64,000 nucleotides of DNA from an uncultured Clostridium sp. (GCA_930980855.1 CAKNIZ010000006.1:2189-66188); one strand, 5' to 3'. Positions 53,898 through 63,536 are shown, numbered from the stretch's first letter. Notes: generated by a model not told the origin, from the sequence alone. Made by a program: numbers and translations.

Positions 53898-55295
53898 TTA
53901 AAATCTAAAATATAAAAATGGATTAAATGATCCAGATACTATATAAGCTACGCAAACAATTAATAAAATTATTAAAAATATCATTTCTAATACATTTATA
54001 GTTTTTGGATATTTCTTTTTTAATTTTTCTGCAATTGTCTTTGCTATTGGCGTTGAACCCACTATTGCTATTAATAGAATAATTAAATAACTCTTTAAAT
54101 AGTAAATGCTTACATTTGAAGCAAATCCTGTAGCTCCTATTCCAAATAATCCTAGTATTTGGCTTAAAATAGTATTCATGTCTGTGCCACTAAATATTAC
54201 GAAGCTAATTGCTACAATTACTAAAACAAGTATGTGTCTAATAAATCCAGGTATTTTTTCTATTATATTTTTGAAAATAGTTTTTTCTAAAATTAGTAAT
54301 ACTCCAAATAGTAATCCCCATATTACAAAGTTCCATGCTGCTCCATGCCATAAACCTGTAAGAGTCCATACTATTAAAATATTTCTAATCCATTTTATTT
54401 TAGATACTCTATTTCCACCTAGTGGTATATATACATAGTCTCTAAAAAATGTACTTAAGCTTATATGCCATCTTCTCCAAAAATCTGTTATACTTTTTGC
54501 AATGTATGGATAATTGAAGTTTTCTAAGAACTCAAATCCTAGCATTTTTCCTAATCCAATTGCCATATCTGAATATCCAGAAAAGTCAAAGTAAATTTGA
54601 AGCATATTACTTATTGCATATAACCAATAGAAAATGACTGTTCCATCTCCATATTCATTAAATACATTAACTAGTTCTCCCATTACATTAGCTATTAGCA
54701 CCTTTTTTGCCAAGCCTATTACAAATCTTCTTACACCATGTGCAAACTTTTCAAAGGTATATTCTCTATTTTCTAATTGCTCTTCTACTGTTGTATATCT
54801 TACTATTGGCCCAGCAATTAACTGTGGGAATAATGAAATATATGTTGCTAGTTTTACAAAGCTTTTTTGAACTTTTGCTTCTCCTCTATATACATCAACC
54901 AAGTAACTAATCATTTGGAAGGTATAGAAAGATATTCCTATTGGTAATATTATTCCAAATATATCTATTTTTTTATCCAACCACAAATTTATATTTTCTA
55001 TCAAAAAGTCAAAATATTTGAAATAAAATAACACTGCTATACTTATAACTATTCCGCTAATTAGTGGAACTTTCTTATATTTTGTATCTTTGAATTTATC
55101 TATGAGTATTCCATGAATATACATTGAAATTATGGATAAAATCATGATCCAACCATATTTAGGTTCTCCGAAGAAATAGAAAAATAATGATGAAATTAGT
55201 AATACTAAGTTTCTAAATTTTTTCGGTGCTATATAATAAATTATTAGTACAATTGGCAAAAAATAAAATAAAAAAGTTATGCTTGAAAATACCAT
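53898..55295 (-). CDS. MBOAT family O-acyltransferase (AlgI/DltB-like)
   Basis: Polytopic membrane protein with the conserved FWRRWHISLS histidine region. Start set at ATG 55293-55295 after AAGGAGGAAAC. Confidence 0.9.
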   Translation of the reverse strand: MVFSSITFLFYFLPIVLIIYYIAPKKFRNLVLLISSLFFYFFGEPKYGWIMILSIISMYIHGILIDKFKDTKYKKVPLISGIVISIAVLFYFKYFDFLIENINLWLDKKIDIFGIILPIGISFYTFQMISYLVDVYRGEAKVQKSFVKLATYISLFPQLIAGPIVRYTTVEEQLENREYTFEKFAHGVRRFVIGLAKKVLIANVMGELVNVFNEYGDGTVIFYWLYAISNMLQIYFDFSGYSDMAIGLGKMLGFEFLENFNYPYIAKSITDFWRRWHISLSTFFRDYVYIPLGGNRVSKIKWIRNILIVWTLTGLWHGAAWNFVIWGLLFGVLLILEKTIFKNIIEKIPGFIRHILVLVIVAISFVIFSGTDMNTILSQILGLFGIGATGFASNVSIYYLKSYLIILLIAIVGSTPIAKTIAEKLKKKYPKTINVLEMIFLIILLIVCVAYIVSGSFNPFLYFRF

Positions 55296-55369
55296 GTTTC
55301 CTCCTTGCAATAAAAAGCTCGCATATGAATAAGTATCATATCGAGCTTTTATAATTAATTTATGTTTTT

Positions 55370-55915
55370 CTAGAATCCATTTTTCTCATATTCATTTCCC
55401 ACAGAACCAGCTAATTCTTTGAATTTGTCATAGACTGGTTTTGCCCAATCTTCACTAGCCATAACTAGCATTGCTACATCTCCACTACTTGTAGAGTATA
55501 CTTTTTCTGCTGATACGCAAATCCATTTATTTGGATTAACAGATTCATTCATCTTAGCTGCTATTTCATCTGCTTTAGTAGCGTTTTCACATTTTACTAA
55601 GATTAAAGAAAAAGCTTGAGAACTAATCATTGGTTCTGAAACGACAATATCTTGAATTCCTTCTGTGCTATCTAACCCTGTATATGTTTTCACTAAATCT
55701 ATATTTGAAAGTTCTAACTTGACTGTATTTAATGATGATGGTATAGCTCCTTCTAGTCCACTATAAATTTGTTCTACTAGATTTCCCATATCCTCTGCAG
55801 AAGCTATATTTAAGTTGTTTTCTACTGGCTTTTTATTTACGAATAATACAATTCCTGCGATAATTGCTATAATAATTATTACTGCTATTACTATAAATAA
55901 TGTTTTCTTTTTCAT
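55370..55915 (-). CDS. DUF4358 domain-containing membrane-anchored protein
   Basis: TM anchor and typical co-occurrence with MBOAT/DHHW genes in Clostridia. Confidence 0.65.
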   Translation of the reverse strand: MKKKTLFIVIAVIIIIAIIAGIVLFVNKKPVENNLNIASAEDMGNLVEQIYSGLEGAIPSSLNTVKLELSNIDLVKTYTGLDSTEGIQDIVVSEPMISSQAFSLILVKCENATKADEIAAKMNESVNPNKWICVSAEKVYSTSSGDVAMLVMASEDWAKPVYDKFKELAGSVGNEYEKNGF

Positions 55916-56003
55916 ATTAATCTCCTTCCATTTTTCATATATTGTTATAAAAGCTCTACTTTTTTGATTATTTTTATTCTAAAAAAGTTTAAAGTTTTTC
56001 ATT

Positions 56004-56029
56004 ATAAAAATGTCAGAAAATATCTGACA
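56004..56029 (-). terminator. Rho-independent terminator after the desulfoferrodoxin gene
   Basis: Stem TGTCAGA/TCTGACA plus a U-run on the minus strand. Confidence 0.55.
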
Positions 56030-56038
56030 CTTTATATT

Positions 56039-56419
56039 TTACTCAACTTCTTTTGACCAAAGTTCATGTTTATTACAATATGCATATAAAATTGCTCCTG
56101 GTTCATAGTGGAACTCTGTTTCTGCAACATCTCCTGGTTTAAAATATTTTGTGCATTCTTTTTTGTCTGTTACCATGCTAATCCATTCTATATAATGTTC
56201 TTCTTCCATAACATGATTTACTTTTACTTTGATTTTACAGTTTTCTACTGTATATTCAGGTACATGTTTTTCTACTGCTGCATCAACTGAATTAGGTTTC
56301 ATTTCTGACATTTGCTCTCCACAGCATCTAATTCCACAGTCATCGCAAGTACAATCTTTTAAAACTTTTACCATTGCACCGCAACTTTTACATTTTTTTA
56401 ATATTAATTTTCTAGCCAT
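56039..56419 (-). CDS. dfx: desulfoferrodoxin (2Fe superoxide reductase)
   Basis: N-terminal desulforedoxin-like CxxC...CC (CKSCGAMV...CGIRCCG) and the centre II ligands (EKHVP, NHVM, HYIEW, CNKH). Confidence 0.9.
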   Translation of the reverse strand: MARKLILKKCKSCGAMVKVLKDCTCDDCGIRCCGEQMSEMKPNSVDAAVEKHVPEYTVENCKIKVKVNHVMEEEHYIEWISMVTDKKECTKYFKPGDVAETEFHYEPGAILYAYCNKHELWSKEVE

Positions 56420-56425
56420 ACTTTA

Positions 56426-56566
56426 TTATTCCTCCACTTTTCTAAACATGTCTTTTCCAACTCCACAAAGAGGACAAGTCCAATCTGCTGGTAAGTCTTC
56501 AAATTTTACTCCTTCTTTTTCTTCATCATAAATATAACCACAAGCTATACATTCATATTTTGCCAT
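56426..56566 (-). CDS. rubredoxin (46 aa; below the ORF-track cutoff)
   Basis: [46 protein letters not shown] carries both CxxCG knuckles. RBS AGGAGG upstream. Confidence 0.9.
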   Translation of the reverse strand: MAKYECIACGYIYDEEKEGVKFEDLPADWTCPLCGVGKDMFRKVEE

Positions 56567-56631
56567 ATTTTTTACCTCCTTATAATTTATATTTGCATTT
56601 TATCATTTATATTCTTGTTTGTAAATAGTAA

Positions 56632-57795
56632 TTATAACTGTAAGCTCTTTTCTAATTCTTCTAATTTTTTGTTTGATTCCTCATTTAATTTAGTTTTTAT
56701 AGTAACTACTGGCTCTATTATTTCAATATCTTTCATTTGAGAAAGTATATTTTTTATACAATTAGCTGCATTTGGAGCCCATGAACCATTTTCTATAATT
56801 CCTACTTTTCTACTCTGATAATTCTTTTCTTTTAGTAAATTTAAGAAAGAATTTATTGCCGGGAATATACTCATATTATATGTTGAACATGCTACAACCA
56901 TTTTTGAGAATTTAAATGCCTCAGGAAGTGCATCTGGAACTGGAGTTCTCGCAATATCTATTAATTTTACTATTTGTCCATCTTCTATCAAATCTCTCTC
57001 TAATTTTTTTGCCGCTTCTAATGTGTTTCCATGTAATGAACCACATACAATTACAGTTCCTTCTTGCTCATATTCATATTTGCTCCAGGTATCATATAAT
57101 CCTATATAATATCCTAAGTTCTCTTTTAATATTGGTCCATGCAAAGGACAAATTGTCTTTATATCTAAATTTGATGCTTTTTTTAATACATTTTGTACTT
57201 GAAGTCCATATTTTCCAACAATATTAAGAAAATATCTTCTTGATTCATCTATCCAGTCTTCCTCCGTATCTAATGTTCCAAATTTTCCAAATGCATCTGC
57301 AGAAAATAATATTTTTTCTGTAACATCATATGTCATCATTACTTCTGGCCAGTGTACCATTGGAGTCATTATAAATTGTAAATTGTGTTTTCCTGTATTT
57401 ATTATGTCTCCTTCTTTTACTACTACTTTTTTGTCATCAAATTTTTCATTTATAAATTGTGGTAACATTGAAAATACTTTTTCGTTTGCAATGATTTTTA
57501 TTTCTGGATATTTTCTTAATATATCTTCTATACTACCTGAATGGTCTGGTTCCAAATGTGATATTACTAAATAGTTTGGATTTCTTCCATTTAAAGTTTT
57601 CTCTAAATTCTCAAGCCATTCTTTTGTTTTTCTTTTGTCTACAGTATCCATTATTACTATTTTTTCATCATCAATTAGATATGAATTATATGATATACCA
57701 TTTTTTAATATATATTGATTTTCAAACAAATCCATTTCTTTGTCATCTACACCTACATATTTTATGGTATCTGTTACATTAAATAACTTATTCAT
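56632..57795 (-). CDS. flavodiiron protein (FprA-type O2/NO reductase)
   Basis: Metallo-beta-lactamase-like domain with HLEPDHSG plus a C-terminal flavodoxin domain. Confidence 0.9.
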   Translation of the reverse strand: MNKLFNVTDTIKYVGVDDKEMDLFENQYILKNGISYNSYLIDDEKIVIMDTVDKRKTKEWLENLEKTLNGRNPNYLVISHLEPDHSGSIEDILRKYPEIKIIANEKVFSMLPQFINEKFDDKKVVVKEGDIINTGKHNLQFIMTPMVHWPEVMMTYDVTEKILFSADAFGKFGTLDTEEDWIDESRRYFLNIVGKYGLQVQNVLKKASNLDIKTICPLHGPILKENLGYYIGLYDTWSKYEYEQEGTVIVCGSLHGNTLEAAKKLERDLIEDGQIVKLIDIARTPVPDALPEAFKFSKMVVACSTYNMSIFPAINSFLNLLKEKNYQSRKVGIIENGSWAPNAANCIKNILSQMKDIEIIEPVVTIKTKLNEESNKKLEELEKSLQL

Positions 57796-57994
57796 CCTTT
57801 TCTTCCTTTCCTTCTTCTTGTCTTAGTACAAATAAATTACATTTGCATATTTGCTTTTCTATAAATTCATCACAAGGACAAAGCGTTGTATCATCCACAT
57901 TTAGTCTACAAGGACAATGCCCATCTTTTCTATATATTCCTTCTAATATCTTTCTTACATATTCTTTATCTGGATTTAACATATATCCTTTCAT
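57788..57994 (-). CDS. ferredoxin:thioredoxin reductase catalytic-subunit-like protein
   Basis: The CPC...CPC...CKC cysteine pattern in 68 aa. Lies between trxA and the flavodiiron gene, overlapping the latter by 8 nt. Confidence 0.75.
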   Translation of the reverse strand: MKGYMLNPDKEYVRKILEGIYRKDGHCPCRLNVDDTTLCPCDEFIEKQICKCNLFVLRQEEGKEEKDE

Positions 57995-58004
57995 ATTCTG
58001 CTCC

Positions 58005-58319
58005 TTATAAATATCTCTTTAATTCTTCTTCTAATTCTTCTTTTGGATAATATCCTCCAAGTCTATCTATTGCTGTTCCATTTTTGAATATAATCATTGT
58101 TGGAACTGCTTCTATATCATATTCCATTGCTAATTCTTGTGCTTTATCTACATCTATTTCAATTATGTCAAAATCGTCTCTTTCTTTTGCTATTTCTTCT
58201 AATACTGGCATTAGCATTTGACATGGACCACACCATGTTGCAAAAAAGTCAACTACTACTGTTTTAGAGTTTTTTAATACCTCTTTTTCAAATTCCTCTT
58301 TTTCTATTTTCTTTATCAT
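58005..58319 (-). CDS. trxA: thioredoxin
   Basis: WCGPC active site, 104 aa. Confidence 0.95.
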   Translation of the reverse strand: MIKKIEKEEFEKEVLKNSKTVVVDFFATWCGPCQMLMPVLEEIAKERDDFDIIEIDVDKAQELAMEYDIEAVPTMIIFKNGTAIDRLGGYYPKEELEEELKRYL

Positions 58320-58396
58320 ATTTTCCTCCTAAAATCTATGATTACTTTCAGTCACATTATATACTATGCTATTAGTTTTTTCAATAGGCTATACTT

Positions 58397-58632
58397 TTTT
58401 GAGTTTCGAGATTAAAAAAGATGTTACGATTCATAGCTATTATTGTTTTTTATAATTGTATATTTGAACTTTTTGTTCCTTGCGGTCGCTACGCTCCAAA
58501 CGCACTTCGCTAAAGTCCCTTTAGCTCGTTTGAACGCTTACGCGGAACTGCAAAGTTTCAAATATACAATTTTATTAAATTAATAACAAGTTGCGAATCA
58601 TAACATCTTTTAAAAAATCTCGAAACTCAAAA
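58397..58632. repeat. nested hairpin element copy D: inner element 58456-58569 inside an outer ~50-bp imperfect inverted repeat
   Basis: The inner element TTGTATATTTGAACTTTTTGTTCCTTGCGGTCG...CGCGGAACTGCAAAGTTTCAAATATACAA is the reverse orientation of copy C. The outer arms are 58397-58445 and 58581-58632 (TTTTGAGTTTCGAGATT...). Confidence 0.85.
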
Positions 58633-58688
58633 TTTATACAATATCAAAGCACTTTATATCGCTGTGAATTGTAGCTATTTAAGCAAAA

Positions 58689-59381
58689 TTATTTACAAAA
58701 TCTATGTTTTCCAATAGTTACTGTCATTGGTCTTGACCATATCCATTTATTTGTAGCTGTTGCTGGATTAAAATAATAAATTGCTCCGTATGTTGGGTCC
58801 CATCCATTTAATGCATCTTGCGCTGCTTTTTTTGCTGTTTCATTAGGTGTCAAGTTAATTTGTCCATCAGAAACACAGTCAAAAGCTCCTGATTGATATA
58901 CTACACCAGATATTGTATTAGGAAATGAACTATGTTTTACTCTATTTAATACAACTGCTGCTACCGCAACTTGTCCTGTGTAGCTTTCTCCTCGTGCCTC
59001 TCCATAAACTACTCTACTCAGTAAATTCAGATTACTTGAATTTACATTACTACTCGAATTTGATGAAGAACTACTACTTGAAGAATTAAATATTCCCATT
59101 GCCTCTAGTGTTTGTTTTCCAGCAATTCCATCTACTTTTAATTTATTTTTTTGTTGAAATTTTTTAACGGCTGCTAAAGTACCGCTTCCATATATTCCAT
59201 CAATATTTCCTGAATAATATCCCCATCTTTTTAATTTTGTTTGAATTTGCTTCACCTCTTCTCCTCTTGAACCATATTTAGATAAAGCCTGAACTTCTGC
59301 ATTTCTAACAACAATATTATAACTTACAAAAAGCATAATAGCTAAAATTAATAAAATACCAATTTTTCTTTTACTTTTCAT
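58689..59381 (-). CDS. SleB/CwlJ-family cell wall hydrolase with PG_binding_1 domain (spore cortex-lytic enzyme-like)
   Basis: Signal peptide, peptidoglycan-binding repeat (GIYGSGTLAAVKKFQ), poly-Ser linker, and a Hydrolase_2 domain (VYGEARGE...AVAAVVLNRV). Confidence 0.85.
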   Translation of the reverse strand: MKSKRKIGILLILAIMLFVSYNIVVRNAEVQALSKYGSRGEEVKQIQTKLKRWGYYSGNIDGIYGSGTLAAVKKFQQKNKLKVDGIAGKQTLEAMGIFNSSSSSSSSNSSSNVNSSNLNLLSRVVYGEARGESYTGQVAVAAVVLNRVKHSSFPNTISGVVYQSGAFDCVSDGQINLTPNETAKKAAQDALNGWDPTYGAIYYFNPATATNKWIWSRPMTVTIGKHRFCK

Positions 59382-59436
59382 AAAAAAACCTCACTTGGCA
59401 TTATTTTTACCAAAAGAGGTTTTTTTATACATTTTT

Positions 59437-61089
59437 TTAAAATATTCCTATTATATTTCCACTTTCATCTATATCTATTTTTTCTGCCGCTGGATTTTTT
59501 GGTAATCCTGGCATTGTCATAATTTTTCCTGCTTTTACTACTACAAATTCAGCTCCGTTTTTTATTTCAATAGAAGTTACATTTATATTAAATGGTTCTT
59601 TGCAAAGTAAATTTTTTGGATCATCTGAAAATGAATACTGTGTTTTTGCTATACATACTGGCATATTTTTTGCTAGTTTTTCTATTTTTTCTAAATCATA
59701 AATTGCTTGTTCTGAATAAGTAATTCCTGTTGCTCCATAAATTTCTTTAGCAATTGTCTCAATTTTTTCTCTTATACTTCCAGACAATTCATATATTGGT
59801 TTAAAGTCTTTTTCTTTTTCGCAAATATTTACTACTTTTTTAGCTAAATATATAGCACCTTCTCCACCTTTTGCCCAGTTTTCAAGTAAACTATATTCTA
59901 CTTTTCCTTCTAATAATTTTTTTAATACATCTAATTCTTCTTCAGTGTCTGATGTAAATTTATTAATTGCTACAATTGGGTTTAATCCATATTTTCTTAT
60001 ATTTTCAACATGTTTTAATAAATTATGTATTCCTTCTTTTATGGCTTCGGTATTTTTTAGGTTTACATTTTCTTTTGCGACTCCACCATGATATTTTAAG
60101 GCTCTTAAAGTTGCTACAATAACAACCGCATCAGGTGATTTGTCTAAATTCCTACATTTAATATCTAAGAATTTTTCTGCTCCTAAATCTGCACCAAAAC
60201 CTGCTTCTGTCACAACATAATCTCCTAATTTTAGAGCCATTTTGGTTGCTAAAACACTATTACATCCATGTGCAATATTTGCAAAAGGTCCTCCATGTAT
60301 TATTGCTGGATTATTTTCTAATGTTTGCACTATATTAGGATTTAATGCATCTTTTAAAAGAACTGTCAAACTTCCTTCTGCTTTTAAATCATGACAAGTT
60401 ATTGGCTTACTTTCTTTAGTATATCCTACAATTATATTTCCTAATCTTCTTTTTAAATCTTCAATAGAAGTTGCTAAACAAAGGATTGCCATGATTTCTG
60501 AAGCAACTGTGATATCAAAAGAATCCTCTCTTGGAGACATATTCTTTTCTCCTGAAAGTCCTATTTCAACTTTTCTTAAAGCTCTATCATTAAGGTCTAC
60601 ACATCTTTTCCATACAACTTTATCAAAACCTAATTCATTACCTTGAAATATGTGATTATCTATAATCGCACTAAGCAAATTGTTAGCAGATGTTATTGCA
60701 TGTATATCTCCTGTAAAATGTAAATTTATGTCTTCCATTGGAGCTACTTGAGAATGTCCACCTCCAGTTGCTCCTCCTTTTATTCCAAATACAGGGCCTA
60801 GAGATGGTTCTCGTAAAGTTAGTATAGTTTTTTTATTTATTTTATTTAATGCGTCTGAAAGGCCAATTGATGTAGTAGTTTTTCCTTCTCCTAAAGGTGT
60901 TGGATTAATTGCTGTGACCAATATTAGTTTTCCATCCTTTTTATCTTTTAGTTGATTTAAATAATTTATAGATATTTTTGCCTTATATTTTCCATAAGGC
61001 TCAACTTCATCTTCTGGAATACCTAAGTTGCTAGTTATTTCATTTATATTCTTTAACTTAGCATTTCTTGCAATTTCTATATCTTCCAT
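59437..61089 (-). CDS. fhs: formate--tetrahydrofolate ligase
   Basis: Full-length FTHFS (550 aa) with TPLGEGKTTTSIGL and GFGADLGAEKF motifs. Confidence 0.95.
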   Translation of the reverse strand: MEDIEIARNAKLKNINEITSNLGIPEDEVEPYGKYKAKISINYLNQLKDKKDGKLILVTAINPTPLGEGKTTTSIGLSDALNKINKKTILTLREPSLGPVFGIKGGATGGGHSQVAPMEDINLHFTGDIHAITSANNLLSAIIDNHIFQGNELGFDKVVWKRCVDLNDRALRKVEIGLSGEKNMSPREDSFDITVASEIMAILCLATSIEDLKRRLGNIIVGYTKESKPITCHDLKAEGSLTVLLKDALNPNIVQTLENNPAIIHGGPFANIAHGCNSVLATKMALKLGDYVVTEAGFGADLGAEKFLDIKCRNLDKSPDAVVIVATLRALKYHGGVAKENVNLKNTEAIKEGIHNLLKHVENIRKYGLNPIVAINKFTSDTEEELDVLKKLLEGKVEYSLLENWAKGGEGAIYLAKKVVNICEKEKDFKPIYELSGSIREKIETIAKEIYGATGITYSEQAIYDLEKIEKLAKNMPVCIAKTQYSFSDDPKNLLCKEPFNINVTSIEIKNGAEFVVVKAGKIMTMPGLPKNPAAEKIDIDESGNIIGIF

Positions 61090-61121
61090 TTTACATCTCC
61101 TTTCATAGTTTAAATATATAA

Positions 61122-61243
61122 TGTAAATTTAATAATAATTAATGTTTTACTATTTCACGCCGCGAGGACGCGTCGCCCGACTCACTCTTGGCTACGCCAA
61201 ATCGCTCCTCTGAAATTGAAAACATTATTATTATAAATTTACA
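61122..61243. repeat. hairpin element copy E
   Basis: Arms 61122-61148 TGTAAATTTAATAATAATTAATGTTTT and 61219-61243 form an inverted repeat. The GC-rich core ...CGAGGACGCGTCGCCCGACTCACTCTTGGC... is the reverse orientation of copy A's core. Confidence 0.8.
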
Positions 61244-61253
61244 ATAGGTATTT

Positions 61254-61682
61254 TTAAACTATCAAACCTGTAACTAGTCCTATAAGAGCTCCAGCTGCTA
61301 CTTGCACAGGAGTATGACCAGTTTTTTCTTGTAAATATTCACCTGGAGTCATATCTTTATATTCTTTTACCACTTTATTTAAAATATGTGCTTGTTCTCC
61401 AACAGCTCTTCTCACTCCAGAAGCATCATACATTGTTATAAAAGCAAATAGTGCGCTAAGTGCAAAAACAGGAGAATCGATTCCTATGTACTTTGCTATT
61501 AATGTTGCTAAAGACACAACAACTGCTGAATGTGAGCTTGGCATTCCACCAGCTCCCATGAATCTTTTAAAATCCCACTTTCCTTCTTTCACATATTCAT
61601 ATAATACTTTAAATGTTTGTATACCAAACCATAATATGAATGGTACTATTAAAAATTTATATTGATTAAAAAATTCTATCAT
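61254..61682 (-). CDS. divergent PAP2 family membrane protein (DUF212)
   Basis: The GGMPSSHSA motif, 142 aa, 4 TM helices. Confidence 0.85.
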   Translation of the reverse strand: MIEFFNQYKFLIVPFILWFGIQTFKVLYEYVKEGKWDFKRFMGAGGMPSSHSAVVVSLATLIAKYIGIDSPVFALSALFAFITMYDASGVRRAVGEQAHILNKVVKEYKDMTPGEYLQEKTGHTPVQVAAGALIGLVTGLIV

Positions 61683-61685
61683 TGT

Positions 61686-61904
61686 TTACTCCTCTGCTTT
61701 AATTGTAAAGTCTTTTTCTTCCCCATCTATTAATATAGTTATTTTCTTTTCCGCTTCTTGTAACATTTCATTACATTTTTTAGATAACTTCATTCCTTCT
61801 TCAAATTTTTTAACAGATGTGTCTAAATCTAAATTGTCTTTTTCTAATTCATCTGCTATTTTTTCTAATTTTTGCATTGCTTCTTCGAAACTTAATTCTT
61901 CCAT
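61686..61904 (-). CDS. xseB: exodeoxyribonuclease VII small subunit
   Basis: 72-aa helical protein (FEEAMQKLEKI...LE) directly downstream of xseA. Confidence 0.9.
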   Translation of the reverse strand: MEELSFEEAMQKLEKIADELEKDNLDLDTSVKKFEEGMKLSKKCNEMLQEAEKKITILIDGEEKDFTIKAEE

Positions 61905-61912
61905 ATTTCCCC

Positions 61913-63106
61913 CTATTTATCAATTACTTTAGTTATTACATTTCCATCAATAAATCGCAAAGTAATTTTATCTTCTAAATTAACATCTTGCTTTTTAGTT
62001 ATGATTTTTCCATCCTTTTCTGCAATGTTATATCCTCTAGCTAAAGTTTTTAAAGGACTTAATGCATCAAGTTTTGTTATTATTTCTACTGCACTTGTCT
62101 TTGATTTATGTAATTTATTTTGAATACTATTTTGTATTGATTTTACTAAAATATCTAAAGTAATTGCTCTTTCATTTATTTTTTGCAATGGTTCTTTAAA
62201 TACTCTTCTCGTCATACATTTTTCATATCTTAATTTCATGAGTTCTACTCTTCTTTTAAGAGCTACTCTATATCTATTTTGATATGTTTTAATTGTATAT
62301 TCCACATCTTCTATATTAGGAACTGCTAATTCCGCTGCAGCAGAAGGAGTTGGTGCTCTTAAGTCAGACACAAAATCTGCTATTGTAAAATCTGTTTCAT
62401 GTCCTACTGCTGAGATTATTGGTAAATCAGAATCATATATTGCTCTTGCTACAACTTCTTCATTAAAAGGCCATAGGTCTTCTAATGAACCTCCTCCTCT
62501 TCCTATTATCAGGACATCGGCTAATTTTTCTTCGTTCATTTTTTTAATGCCTTCTGCTATTTTTTCAGCAGCGCCCTGACCTTGTACTGGTACTGGAAGA
62601 AGTCTAATATGCACATTTGGATTTCTTCTTGTAGATACATTAATTATATCTCTTATAACAGCTCCTGTTGATGAAGTAAGAACTCCTATTGTTTTTGGAA
62701 ACATTGGAATTTTCTTTTTATGAGAATCATCAAATAGTCCTTCTTTTTCTAGTTTAGCTTTTAGTTTTTGATATTCTTCATAAAGGTCTCCTATTCCTTC
62801 TTGTTTCATAGCTTTGCAATATACTTGGTATTGTCCATCTCTTTCAAAAACCGAAACTGTACCTAATATTACTACTTTCATACCATCTTTAGGCATAAAT
62901 TGTAAATGAGGAGTATAACTTTTAAACATCACACACTTTATTAATGAGTTTTCATCTTTTAGAGTGAAATACATATGTCCTGAATAGTGAAGTTTAAAAT
63001 TTGATATCTCCCCTTTAACATAGACATTATTAAGATATTCATCATTATCTATTTTATTTTTAATATATTTATTTAATTCTTGAACTGTGATTGGTTTTAT
63101 TTCCAT
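61913..63106 (-). CDS. xseA: exodeoxyribonuclease VII large subunit
   Basis: N-terminal OB fold (VKGEISNFKLHYSGHMYFTLKD) plus the catalytic domain (IGRGGGSLEDLW, VGHETDFT). Confidence 0.95.
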   Translation of the reverse strand: MEIKPITVQELNKYIKNKIDNDEYLNNVYVKGEISNFKLHYSGHMYFTLKDENSLIKCVMFKSYTPHLQFMPKDGMKVVILGTVSVFERDGQYQVYCKAMKQEGIGDLYEEYQKLKAKLEKEGLFDDSHKKKIPMFPKTIGVLTSSTGAVIRDIINVSTRRNPNVHIRLLPVPVQGQGAAEKIAEGIKKMNEEKLADVLIIGRGGGSLEDLWPFNEEVVARAIYDSDLPIISAVGHETDFTIADFVSDLRAPTPSAAAELAVPNIEDVEYTIKTYQNRYRVALKRRVELMKLRYEKCMTRRVFKEPLQKINERAITLDILVKSIQNSIQNKLHKSKTSAVEIITKLDALSPLKTLARGYNIAEKDGKIITKKQDVNLEDKITLRFIDGNVITKVIDK

Positions 63107-63110
63107 TATT

Positions 63111-63527
63111 TTATCCTTCTATGCCACTTTTTTTAACGACACTTGCAAGCACTCCATTTACAAAAGATTTGGAATTATCATCTCCATATTTTTTTGAAAG
63201 TTCTACAACTTCGTTTATTACTACTTTATATGGTAATTTTGAATAAACAATTTCAAAAATTCCTAATTTCAATAATGCTAAGTCTATTTTTGAAATTCTT
63301 TTAATATCCCAATCATCTTTTATATTTTCTGATATTAGAGACTCTATTTTATCATTTTCTTTATTTGTTCCTTCTATTATATTACTAATATATTTTATTG
63401 CTTCCTGGTCGTTTATTTCGTTTTCATCTAAGAATATTTTTACTTGCTCTTCTATATTTTTTTCTGTCATGATTTGCAAACTATATAATAGTTTGAAAGC
63501 TTCTTCTCTTGCCTCTGTTCTTTTCAT
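63111..63527 (-). CDS. nusB: transcription antitermination factor NusB
   Basis: MKRTEAREEAFKLLY N-terminus, 138 aa, conserved asp23-nusB-xseA context. Confidence 0.95.
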   Translation of the reverse strand: MKRTEAREEAFKLLYSLQIMTEKNIEEQVKIFLDENEINDQEAIKYISNIIEGTNKENDKIESLISENIKDDWDIKRISKIDLALLKLGIFEIVYSKLPYKVVINEVVELSKKYGDDNSKSFVNGVLASVVKKSGIEG

Positions 63528-63536
63528 ATTCTCCCC

